Source: Marsupella aquatica
Taxonomy: Eukaryota; Plantae; Marchantiophyta
NCBI GenBank assembly: GCA_973895155.1
Contig: OZ316894.1
Span: 12,750,828 to 12,814,827 of the forward strand
DNA length: 64,000 nt
Direction: 5' to 3'
Positions 12,749 through 25,500 of the stretch are shown piece after piece. The translations under genes and the position numbers were made by a program. How positions within the stretch are numbered: position 1 is the first letter of the stretch; the number at the start of each line of letters is the position of its first letter. The notes under the pieces are model-generated. The model was not told the DNA's origin and searched no databases. It saw nothing but the letters and a program-made list of their open reading frames with translations.

Positions 12749-13665
12749 ATGGGGAGTCTGGGACACTTGAGCAACAGGAATCGCAAAATCTTAGGTGTGG
12801 ACTAGATGGTTTTGCGTTAGTGAAGATGTGGAGGGATCATGATCATCATGCTTGATTGCGTAACCCCACAGGAACTCTGTCCTGAATTCGGAATTTGGGC
12901 CACTTGAGCCACATGCATTGGAATTCTTCGATCTTGGCCTACGGAGAAGATAGTTTTCCGTTTTCAAAGATCTGTGAGGGATTTCGATCATCTTTCTTGA
13001 TGGCGTGAACAGGCAATCCCTCGAGCCCGCCTTCTTGTTCCCCGGGAGTTTAGCAACTGTTCAACGAACTAACGTCAGTTAAAGAGGGGGTTGGTCATAT
13101 ATGGGCATAGCCTGGGGTAGCTTCTGGTCTTTAAAACATGTGTGTCTTAGCCAAATTGGAGCAAGTCATACTTGTTTACTGTCACAGGCGTGGACTGTTT
13201 GATTCAGCGTCCTCTGTGCTTTCTGATTACCCCGTGCCCAGACAATTTGTTCGCCATGTTCTGCTGTGTCCATTTTCTCTTCTCCTGGTGGCGTAAGACA
13301 TCATTCTCCTCTTGTGTTGCAGGAGGAGTTCACAATGGGGAAAAAACTTGGAGAGGGTTTCGGGACGGTATACAGAGCTACTTTCGCGAAGAAGCAGGCA
13401 GGAAAGGTAGAGATCGCTGTCCAGCACGATACGAGAAAGTCAGTATCAAATCATAAAGAGCTGCCGTTTGTTCTCCTTTCTCCACATTTAAGAGGGAGGG
13501 AGAATTCGGGGTTTTGTCATCTATGTATGCAAAATCTAGCATAACTATTGTAGAGTTTGCTTCATAGACTTGGAAGAGACAGTTTGAATGAGGTTCAACG
13601 TGTCTCTCCAACCTGCAGAACCAGAATTTGGTGGTAAAGAAAGCACCTGAGTATGGGGCGGGGAG
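12749..13665 (+). pseudogene. 5'-fragment pseudogene of an STN7-like thylakoid Ser/Thr kinase
   Basis: FTVTGVDCLIQRPLCFLITP..NLFAMF (cf. STN7 LTITAPGV...LSYLWATPG..FFDMF), EEFTMGKKLGEG-FGTVY (Gly loop one residue short), then an intron (gtagag..ctgcag, ~13407-13618) and LVVKKAPEYGA (cf. STN7 VLKKATEYGA). Frameshifts, a damaged intron and no downstream kinase subdomains. Confidence 0.7.
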
Positions 13666-13849
13666 GTCTGGATGTTCTTTCGTAAACTTTAGAGTTGGAA
13701 TCTTTCGACTTCAGCAGGAGAATTTTGTAGCTTTCAGAAATCAGGAGAAATTTCTCGAGAGAGGTCACAATTCGTGGAAGCTTTCCGAGGAGACATTGAA
13801 ATACCTTTTGTATCCCAAACTGGTTATGGCAGGCATGTGTTTAACAATC

Positions 13850-14420
13850 TGATGGTGTCATGCTCTGAATTTTGATCAGGTTCAGCTTCATCCTGATTAC
13901 TATAGTATTGACTCAAATGTCCGAACAGGGAATCCGCACCATAAAGCACCCAACTTTCCGCCTCCGATTACTACCCTCTCCAAATAATATGGAACAAAGA
14001 GATAAAGCGATGGTCACAAACGTGAAAGGAGATCGTTTGGGCAATACAACACACACCAGGTTATCACACGGGGTCTCTCATCATTAGCATTGGTCATGAT
14101 GATCATTTTGATGATACTCAAGGACGATGTCATGGAAGCAGTGGATTAGTGGCCTTACTAAATACCGGCAGCCATTTAAGCAGACTAACTATTAGCGGAC
14201 AGAACATCTCAGGCATGAGAAAATGTGGAGTAATTTGTGGTGCGAGTGAGACAGACGTAAAAAGTCGGTTCCTAGGGCGGACAAGAAGTACGGGAATAGG
14301 GTTTTCTCAAACATTGCAGCGATGGGAGCTGACGAACGAGGTGTTATCCAAGGGGGAATAGTTTACAGGTCACCAATGTTGGAGTCTGCCGATAGGAATT
14401 GAAAAAGGAGGGCAGAGGCA
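13850..14420 (+). mobile_element. Decayed Ty3/gypsy RT / RNase H remnant
   Basis: HFDDT (~14105), KSRFLGRT and FSNIAA..LT (14260-14335) resemble gypsy YFDDI ... VRSFLGL..YYRRF...FS.IAAPLT. Confidence 0.4.
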
Positions 14421-15021
14421 GTTGCCAGGTTCTCACATGACGGAATCTGGCAATACCAATGCCAATCTTAGTCATCTGCAAGTGGGCCTGTTATTTACTT
14501 TATTAAAAACACTTGAGGGAGTTTACACAAACCCCGCGTATTGAAGGGTACAATTTTTCCACATCGGCTGAGCTGACAAGAAGAAACTACTGGACCAAGA
14601 ACTGAGAAAGAGAATATAAGAGAATCAAGTCTAGAAAAATATAAATTAACAGTACCAAAGGACAAAAGGGTCAAACTGGGAGACCTGATGCCAAAGATAG
14701 AGGACCCGATGAAGGGGAGAACAAAGGGGGGAAACCAAAGAAGACGAAAGCGCCAAGTAAGCTCCAGAATCTTCCACACCGTCAAAAAATACTAAAACCC
14801 TATTAAGTAGCAAACTGAACTAAAGCCCTATCTGAGCAGCGAACTTTGAGTAAAATGCATACGAGAGTCACCATGAGGAATTTGCCTAAAGAGAGAAACC
14901 GTATATAGGTAGTATGTGTCACAAAATCAAGAGTCAAAAGATTCCTAATGAAGTAAAGTGTATATCAGTAGATTCGTTCTTTAGATCACCTCTTGAGGGG
15001 GTGCAAGAACTTGTACTCTCA

Positions 15022-15099
15022 ACCACGACACACCAGCATGTCGCAACAAAAGTCAATCTCCATAACCACGACACACCAGCATGTCACAACAAAAGTCAA
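15022..15099. repeat. 35-bp direct repeat x2
   Basis: accacgacacaccagcatgtc(g/a)caacaaaagtcaa at 15022 and 15065. Confidence 0.9.
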
Positions 15100-16018
15100 G
15101 TGGCCCCACTTTTTTGTTCATTAATTCTTGTCAACTATTTGTTATGTCCCAGGTATTGTTGTTCAGTCTGATACGTCGTTCCCACATGTATTCTCTGTAG
15201 ATTCAGCTTAAATTCTGCTCAAAGGGACCTCCACAACTTTGACTTCATCCCCTGCCTACGGTAGTATGTGAAACTGTTCTTCTCACGCATGCAATTTGAA
15301 TCCAGTTTTCGAGATGTACATTGTTGCTGAGTCTCAAAGATTCGTCTTACAGTGAACACTACTGGAAGATTCACCTTACAGTGAATGTTCAGGCTCGGTG
15401 AGCGGGTCTCGGAAGGGTTACTTGAACACATTGCCTAGTAGTACCTTCGGGAAGAAGATCATGCACTTTGCTTTAGTGAAACGAAACTGGCACCAGTCCT
15501 GGATCAACGCTTCTCCGGTCTACGCATCTAACGGACGTTCGGAGCACAAAGGAACTTCATCGGCATAATAACTACAGGTACGTTTTACCTGAATACGTAA
15601 GATGTTTCGGTTCGAAATGTCCACGCTCCTGTGTGGAAAATGAATTTTATGTCTCCGTTCACTTATCAGACCTGCGTATAATCCTTTTGAGGACATAAAG
15701 CTACTTGTACTTTAAGATTCAACCTCCTCAATTCCCCTTTCGTGGGAGATCTTATCAGAGGGTGAGCAGCAAATTCTACAAGAAGCTTTAGGCTGTTCCC
15801 GGTGACTCTCTGTGCTGTGTCGTCCCCTTATGAGAGCAATGGACAGCGTGTGAGAGAAATCGCAGACACACAACATCCACGCTCATAGCAACTACATGTG
15901 GCCTCTGTTCCTTCCTTTGTCTGTCAGGCTAGGGCAGCCGTATAACCGCCTAGTAGTTCATGTTGATTCAAAATTTGCTAAGATCTCCTTGGAAAATTGT
16001 CGTGGATGTATCAGCACT

Positions 16019-16126
16019 GATCGTGACCAAGATGGTGTACTCAGAACACTTTGAATAGTTCCAAGATAAAGCGATCGTGACCAAGATGGTGTACTCAGAA
16101 CACTTTGAATAGTTCCAAGATAAAGC
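16019..16126. repeat. Perfect 54-bp tandem duplication
   Basis: gatcgtgaccaagatggtgtactcagaacactttgaatagttccaagataaagc x2. Confidence 0.95.
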
Positions 16127-16527
16127 GAAATCACCATGAATGCTAGTACAGACACTACCAAAAAATGGTTACTCATCGATTCTGTTCTGGATAATTAAAA
16201 GCTAAACGAGTACAATGTATTGCATCTTCTACCTTAATGTGACATCAGTTATTCTCCGTTGTTTCGCTGGTGCACTTGATTTCCTTCTCCTACTAACTCT
16301 TCATATGTAGCGTGGATACACGCATTTCCGCAGCATCTATCCCAGCTGAATAATTAGGTCCACAAGAGCAACCCGTGGGCATGTACTAGGCACTCAATAG
16401 GCGTCCGTTTGACCTTAATTTCACTCTAGGTCGCACTGAAAATTGCAGTGACCTCTGTTCCTTCTTCAAGTAGCTCATAGTCAACTCCCGCAAAAATGAA
16501 CTTTGAGACCTTTGGAAAAAGATGCAA

Positions 16528-19500
16528 TCAAACAACAGCAGAAAAACTAGATTCTTTCCCTGATCTCCCGGTACCATTTGTGGACATACCCACAATCTGC
16601 AGTAAGTTGAACAAGTACGCTTGTTAGAGAAGATACAAGACAAATGTCAAAAAGGCTAGCACGGACAATGTCAAACATAGATCGGAGAGCTCCTCGAGAA
16701 CCAGAAGATATGAAGTGCCGTGCTTCCAAGACCCATGGATCTCGTGAGCAGGATAAGACATACCTCAGTGTGGGTAAAAGGAACGAGCGAGAAGGGTGCC
16801 TCCTCGAACACTGCTCCCTTTTCCTCCAAGATCATTCTCAAGTCCTGTATTAATGCTCCTTCATGTCAGCTCTACTGTCAACGACTAGAGGAAATTGCTA
16901 CAAAAATCTTAGCAAAAGAGAAATCCCCGCGCGTCCCTCACCCACTTAGTGAGAACAGCAATCCTCTCGCCGGACAGATATTATTGTTCTTGTTTCTTTT
17001 TCCTTCAAAAATACTATGTTCGTAGACCTTCACTATTTATGATGGGGTACATAAAGTGCCATCTGTGGCTCACCTAGCAGATTACAGGAAAGTTGAAGAC
17101 CGTGTGGGGGAAGAAGCTTTCTGGTGTGCGTGTGTGTGCACGCGCGCGCGCATTTGGGGAGGGGTAGCTAGAGGAAAAGAGAAGTGGTAAATTTAAGTTT
17201 TCTGCATAAATAATGAAAATTGTGGCTCAAGGTTAGGCAAACTCTGTAAGTCTCTCCAATTGTTTCCCCTTAGCGATCGGGTTGCTTGTTCAACTCTAAA
17301 CCCCAAACCCTAAGACCTGAGGAGAAAAGACCAAATTATCCGAGCTTTTGAAGGAGTGAAAAGTGTCATCACGTTTGGATCTAATATTTTAGTACTGTTG
17401 AGAAATTTCACTTACCTGACGGTTCAGGACATCAAACTCGAGGAGATGCTCTAGCATTGCTTCCAATGCTGGCTGATTCTGTTCAAGCATATGAGATGCC
17501 TTCTCACAAGCGCTGAAGAACAACTGAGCAAACAACAGAGGCTGTGAAAATCCTGTTTCTGACCAGTTCTGTTGAAAATGTTATCCCAAAGAAGCGATAC
17601 AAGTATAACCAAAGGTGAGGATGCATAGAGTGTCGACAGTGCAATCGGCCAACGGCTGTTACGTCATTTCTTAGAATTTCACAAATTACTTTCTGCTTCG
17701 TACTACTGAAGCACAACTGAGGTCTTTCACTAGTCGATAAGACCTCAGTTGTGCTTTTAGTACGTCGAAGGATCTCTTTAATTATAACGACCTTAGAATA
17801 AGGGGACCGCTCTAACTTTAGAAAGGCGACGAGGGAAAAAAATTCTCAATTCCTACATGATTGATCTTTCCGGCAACCTCTTCCTCATGCTTATCACCCA
17901 TCGCTAAAGAATTTGCCTGCAAAGGTATTCACATCAATAAATCGTGGTGAATCAACAATTCTTATTCTCATAACAATCTATGAAAGATACGATTGAACGA
18001 CTTATGGATATCAGTTTTATACACACGTCTTGTCATGCCCGAAATTCTCGAACAGGAACAACATATTAACCAAGAGGAAGAATGAATTTAAAGACATCGA
18101 ACTATGGGAGATAACAAGACTGGTCGCGTGGACACATACTGAGCCATCCATCATGTAGATCATTGGGCTATCATCAGGAGCCCAACCATACTCCATAACC
18201 ATACGTGTGGCAACCTGCAAAAAAAAATTCTCAGCAAAAAGATAGAAGCAACTGCAATTGAGATTGATGCAAAACGGAAGGCATAATACAGTTGTCTATT
18301 TGATTCAGATTGAGTTTCATTTAGCTTTTTTTTTAAACATTTAGCCCAAATCTCATCCCAAGGAGGCGACGATTAGGAACTCCCATTCCTCAAACAAAGT
18401 GGTTTTTCACAATAGGTACTTGTTCCATATATTTTTCATTCTCCCTGTTCATTGGGACCATGGAAACCCCACACACCCTATAACATCCCTTGCATGGAGT
18501 AAGAGTACTCTGCCAGATTGGAAGAAAGAGAAAGTTGAGGGATACATTCCAACTAAGTGATAGGTTATTCAATAAAGTCCAAACTCTTTCAAAGTAAGCA
18601 GCCACTTTTGCAGAAATTCCACTGTTATCCTCTAACCAAAAACACTAGCGTATGACGTTGTTCTGGTTGCAAAGAAAAGGCATTTAAGCCCCCTAGCTTT
18701 TTACAACAGAAGGTACAAACTTACCTCTTTTGCTCTCTCCAGCTCAGACTTGCATAAACTGTTGTTTTCACCAAACGGAAGGAGCATTCGAGAGGCTACC
18801 AAAGATCCAAAATATGAGACGAGTTCTTTCTCGCAATAAGAACGAGTAAGCGCTCCTGTTTCTTCGTAGCCTCCTGCCACTTTCTTTGTGAACTTGGTGA
18901 AGGCAATTCCCTACAATTGAGCTTAAATAGTTATAAGAGGAAGATAAAAGTTACGATTATCCTTCATAAAGTTAAACACACGGCCGAATTGCGCTCCCTC
19001 ACATATCTGACATATGTCTTGATGCCAAAAATTGATTATCCAGCATCTATTTCAAACGAGCCAGACTTTAATCAAATTTCTCCTGGTATTCAACTGTAAG
19101 CTGACAGAAATGGCACAGGAGCAGAGAACTTACCTCCCAGGAGGTCGGGTCAAGCCAAATCATATCAACTTGATCAAAATCTGGGAGAAGAAGAGCAATC
19201 AATCCTTTTCCAGCTGCCCAGACAGCATGTGGAAATTTGAACTCCCTTGTCCACTGCAAAACAAACTTGGTAGTTCTCATCAGACAAAGTATCCTGTAGA
19301 TGAAACAAGCAGAATGAATTGTACAGAACTAACTATTCTGGTATTTCCATTGAGAGTCAGCAGAAGGCAAATAGGAGTCAGTTGACAGTTGCAAAGTTTG
19401 CCATGTATGTAATACAAAAATAAATCAAAAACAGCGAGACAATCAGTCGTACCACATATGGAGGATCGTAGAACTCAAGTCCAGGCTTAGACTCCCCAAA

Positions 19501-22500
19501 GACATCGAGATACTCCACTGCATCCTCCATATCTTCCTTGGTCACGCGAAGCCCAAGCCAATCAACTAGCATACGATTGTATCTTTTGGTGAACTTGCTT
19601 TCCTTGAGCCAATTTGGAGATGCCTTATTTAATGCCTAAGAGTCAATGCAAAGACTTAATTTAAAACGAGTCTTCCATTAGGAACTTAATCCAGAGGCAT
19701 AACAGCTGAAGTTCATGCATCAACTCTCATTGTCAGATCAATGCCGCTGCCTAGTTTAGGGTGCAACATACTTGCTTCAACCATCCCTATCAAAGACTTG
19801 AACAGAAACACGCATTCCGACTCTATCAAATCTCATCTCCAAATTCTTCATACCGCCAGCCAGCCAAAAATAAAGAAAAGTTCTTCCTCGTCCGCAATTT
19901 TGAATGAAACTGCATTTCCTTCCAAGCCTTCTGGCACGTATTTGAGATGGGCTGGTGTGAGGCCCGCTGTTTTCTCTGCTACCTGCAAATACCATTAAAG
20001 TAATCAGCAAGAATTATTTTACCAACCTAAAATTACGTGGTTGTAGCTAACGATGTTGCTTTCTTTCCCATCTTAGGCCAATCACCCTAGATATGACACC
20101 CCAATCGAGAATTTGAGGTTCTGAGTTCAAAAACACAACTGCAGATAGAGAAAATTGCCATGTTCAATAATACTGACTCTGCGCTTGTATGCTACCGAGA
20201 ACCTCTACCCGCGCACGATTTCAATGACTGCCAGAACCATACGTAGAACACCAATTAAAGCAGTAGTTACTGTCGTAGCCTACATGTCTTGGATGCACCG
20301 GACTAAGACGAAAAGCGGGAACTGTAACAATAGAAGCCCAAGAAGCACCGATGGAGTTGAAGTATTTATGTTGTTACTGGTTCAATGCCCGTGAGTTGCA
20401 GTACTGTTCATAATGAGATATGTTGAGCGAAGTATTGTCGAACATAAGTGAGATGGCCAGGGCAGTCGGTTGCTTTGGGGGTTCAGCGAGTCAGCCTGAC
20501 AACTAGATTTCAAGGAGTGTGCAAGCTACTGGTGAAGTGAGGGTCTGGGCGAGGATATAGTGCACAGTGACGAAAAAGGTGCACAGTAGCACCTTTAGGC
20601 CCATCTCATGGTTAGGAAAAAGTATCACCATAATCGACCGCCAGGGCGGCTTCCCGCCAAAATGACATTCGTCAGCAGACCATGAGAAAGAAAGAGCAAG
20701 CTTGCAAATTAGTTTAGATAGGTGGTTTCCAAATTCAAGCGCAGCAAAGTATTCAACAGTAACATGGGGAAAACTTCTTTCCCAGAAATCACATGCTGGA
20801 TCACTGCTACGACCTTAAGTTCAGTAGACAGAACTTAAGGCCGTCGAAGACTAATAAATGTAGTGAGTATAGCAGTGTTGGGACATCCAAAAGCTATAAG
20901 ACAAAAACACAGAGACAACACAATAAGCTCCCCAAAAAAACATCCTGATGAGTGACGCAGCCTTTCATTTCCGCTTGTATCTGGGAAAAGAGCAGAAGAG
21001 GCTCCAAAGCCCGTTCTCTGAAATCTGCTCGCGTCATTATTTTGCTTAAGCAACTTGACTGCTGGAGCTTCTGCTTTAGCAACAATTTTAAGCGTATTCA
21101 TGTTTCATGTACAGTCCCACAAGATTTTGGTACCAAAAAACGTATAGATCAAAGCAACTGTTCTCGCTTAACTTCTTCGGAGAAGCCGCCCGTGCTTCTA
21201 ATGAGGACCTGCAACTAATGAAAGGATCGACAAACCCAAAGACTAAAAAACAAATTGAAATTAGTGAAGATGCCCACCTTTGCCCAATCGACATAATCCA
21301 CAAGGTCTGCATCCATTGTTCTGTGAGCTGCTTGTCGAAGTATCTGTTCACGCTCTCGCTTGTTGGGCATTGGTAGTTGTATTGTTCGGTCCATTCTCCC
21401 AGGCCTCCGAAGTGCCTCATCGATGGCAAAAGGCCGGCTGGTTGTGGCTACCAGTACCACCCCTTCCTGTGTCTCAAATCTGCCCACGAAAGACGGAAAT
21501 AGATATTATGTCAAACGCAAAGCAGTTGAAATCTTACAAAACTTCTCAAAAGCTTTAAACAAAGGCGCCAACATTATCAGTGCAAGCTACGGAAAACTGG
21601 TAGCTACTCGGAAAAAAGATCTGACATATTGGAGCCACCCAATCGTCTCTTTTGAGCTCGAGTATGCGCTTGATCCTTAGCTATGTTTCCACTTTTCATA
21701 CAAAATTTTCATTTGAAATAAAGCCTTCATGACCCAAGTATTTTCTTTCGTTTAATGTCTATCCTAGAAATGAAACCAATGTAGACATTACAACCCTACC
21801 AAGGGCTGACATCTCAAGGAACATTCACGAGAATCACTGGGAATGACGAAATCGACGGTTACCAACAAGCAGACCCAACATTACCCATCGAGTTCAACAA
21901 GAAGCTGATTAATGAGGGACTCATGATCCTGCTTCCGTGTGTCAGAGGTCGCTCCTCGAACACCTGCAAAGTGATCAAAGTCATCCATAAAGATGATGAG
22001 TGGTGCCTGCACAATTAAATCCAAATAGAACAGACTAATTAGCAACACTTCAAGGCAGAAAGACGAAAAACCCAAACATAAAGAATCAAAGAAGAAAAAC
22101 AAAAAGGTAGCTTGGATGACACCACCAATGTGTGAAGTAGCAGTATGGGATCATCCAAGGCAGCAATGATCCATCCGCTCGTTAGAACGTCTGCGTGGAG
22201 CTTGGGGCCTTTAATCCAAGCCTCCAAATTTCTTGGCAAGGATGAGCTTCCATCAAGTCACCAGAGAGGTCTTTTGGCCTCGTCCACGTCCAGGTTGTAA
22301 GATGCTAATGAAATCCTTAAATCTCTGTGTTCTAGTTTGGATCCAACAAAATCATATAGAACATTTCTGGCGAAATTCAAAGAGCGCGCGCCCCACACTA
22401 ACTGAGAGCTGTTTGATTTCTAACACTCCGATTCTGGCATTATATTTTCTCTCCCCCGTATCCTCACGGACCTTACACTAAACACCCATTTACTCGTGAC

Positions 22501-25500
22501 TCCTTCACTCATCCTTCCTCGAGGTTACAAAGTGCAAGCAGAATTATTTCAGATCATTGCTACTGATGAAGGCGAAAAGGTCGACATCGTACCAATTCTC
22601 TGGCAGTTTTGAAGAGCTCTCGTACATTAGAAGCACCCTGACCTACCCATGCTCCCCCTTCTAGCTCTGAGCCTTGCAGTTCAACCATTGGCACTCGCGC
22701 CTCAGCTGCAATAGCAAGAGCTAGAGTTGTCTTTCCTGTTCCTGATTCACCTACAATAAGCACACCCTGCCAAATACACACGTCTGTCACCGGAACTTGT
22801 CGTGACCTACCTCAAGCTGGAGACCCATTCACGTTAGCTTCGCTAACATGTAGAAATCTACACGTTGAAGAATATTGTTCTCAGAATAATAACTGTATTA
22901 TGAATAGCCTGATTAGGAATGCCATTCACAAAAGGATATATTCTCGTATGTGCACATGATAACCACGAGAACTACAAGACGCCAGCTTTCTAAATGACCC
23001 TACAGACGAACAGAATATAAGAAGGTACTGAGTCTGCCAAAATACCCGAGGTGGGCGTGCTCCCATCTCCCTGAATAGCTTTGGATCTTTTAGAAATCTG
23101 ATGATCTCATTGATTTCCTCCTTGATGATATCGATACCGGCAAAGTCTTTCAAGCTTACCTCAGGCCTCTTCACCCTCTGCAGACAATTGATATTCACAA
23201 CCAAGTTTTCCTACATTAAAACTCATTCCTACCATTCTAAATAGAAATTTCTAAACAGTGACTAAAATCAGGTGGTCCCACAGGCCCCCTTCATTTCACA
23301 GACAAGAAGCTTGTTTCAAGGGAAATTCTAGTAAAAGCCTTCATATTTCTACTACACATCCAATCAACAATTTAAATGTTTACATATGGAAGCCTTTGCA
23401 AAGACTTGGTCCTCTGGCCCCTTATAAGGCTCTATTAACCTTCAATTCCCTCATTTGTTCGGGCCTGCAAGGTAAACATGTATTGACCATGCAAGTTAGC
23501 CTGATTCAACGAAATTCATCAGATTCTCCCTGCGAATGATCCGAACCTTCATTTTATCAAAGACAGTCCTGATGGGATCAATTGTCTGCTTTTTTGGTTG
23601 CAAATCTAGCTTCTTCACTAACTCCTCCTGCAATAAAACAGACAGCGAAGGACCACTTCCACTTGTAAGGGGACATGCTATTATATTGAGGTAATCAACG
23701 TGAACGAAGATTCAAAGAACAACTATCCATGCATTTTATTTCTCCTTGTACCTACATGTCCCACCAGGTCTCATGCTGGAATGTCTTTAATGATAGACTA
23801 CTACCAAAATGACCTTGCATTGAAAAGATATCGAAGTCGTTAGTAATGTACCTGCTTCTTTTCCTTCCACTCGACGTCATTCATTGCTAGGCGTTGTGGC
23901 CGAAATGGTGTGATGGCAAAGCCAACCACTAATTTCAGGACAATAAAGAGAGGCATCCCCACCACATAACATCGCACTGGTAAGGAGATCCACCAAACTG
24001 GAGAACCACTGCCTTCTGCATATCGTGCATCCAAATGTTTCTGAGCCTCTTGCTGCCAGATCATAATATCTGTTGGCTCAGCAGCTTCTGCACCCTCAGG
24101 CAACTCAAAGCCGGCCAGCACACGAATCTGTGCGCAAACAATATTACAGTTATAGATAGAAGTATCATCCGTAAGTCCTTCGATTATATGACAGATTTTC
24201 TCTAGCGCGATTGCCTGAGAACGAAATGATAATTTGTCTGTGCGAGATGTGACATGAGATTTGAATTGCTGAGGGATTGCAGAGCACTATCAACTTGCGA
24301 GGACATCGATGAGAGGTAAAGATTGTAGTATTAACTTAAAAGAAATACCTAGATACTAAGGAAAAGGATTTTGCTAATCTGATACACCAGCGACAAGACA
24401 GAGATTTGCCGCAGTGGCTAGTAATAGCTACAAAATCGAGATCAGCTTCACATTCGGCTTTCAGACTCTTCTCTGTTGTGCAGACGCGATCAAAACTTTA
24501 CAAAAAAGCATTCTATTCAAGCAGTCCAATACAAAATAATCACAAAACCTACTCAACAACGTTGTATTATGTGTGTAAAAATTCCACGACGTTAGCCCCT
24601 CCCTATATCGAAGTTTCCAGTATGTAGTTGACAATTGAGCATAAACACGTTGAAGAAGCCACATAAGCTTACATTTACTCACCTTTTGTGAGACAATTCT
24701 CTGTATAGTAGGAAAACCAAATCGGATCATAATCTCCTCAAACGCTCCAACCAAGTTCTTGTAGTACCATGGCCTTACAGAGACCACAAGACTTGAGTTC
24801 CAAAAGTCTTCAAGTAGCCACCAAGTCACTTTGAATGGAAGTTGGAGGAGACGCCTTGCACTCCATTCCTCCAAGGGGACCCACATCACCTCAACTGACG
24901 TTGGAACTCCTGAAGCAATTAACTTCAAGTAGAGAGTGTCAAAGCCTCCATAATCCTCATACTGGGCATTAAAAACCTGCACGAATGACAGATACAGAAC
25001 AGTCCATCTTAAGACAAGAACAGATGCATCGAACTTTATGACATTGCACCTGTGATGGCCATTCGTGTACAAGTCATAAAGATTTGGGAGCGGATTTCCA
25101 AATTCCCTCCCAATAGTATCTAGGATTCCCACCATAGGACCATCTAGCGTGATTTTCTCTGCAGAAGGAGCCGTTGTACCTTTTCACTCTGCATGCGCTT
25201 TTAAATTAACTCGCATGCCAGCACCTGGTAGTACTTGAAATCGAGCATACAAACATCCTCGTTTGTGAAAAAATTCAAATCGTGAACTGCCATGATAGAA
25301 AAGTGTTTGAACTCTGTCTGGCTATTTACGTAGTAGCTATCTGAAAGTGGAAAAGGTGAAAGTGAATTGAATTAATATTCACATATCCCCAGAGAGGAAG
25401 AGCCAGAGAAGTCTGCAAGGAATGAGCCAGATTTATGAAAGAACTCCAAGATGGAAGGCGAACCAAGAAGAGAAAGCCAGAAGGACATATCATAAATATT

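Noticed and set aside
20835-21210. Extra FtsHi5 exon in the 1.3-kb intron 10
   Set aside because: The acceptor-like site near 21208 leads to an in-frame stop; exon 10 joins directly to VAEKTA at 19982, as expected for the family.
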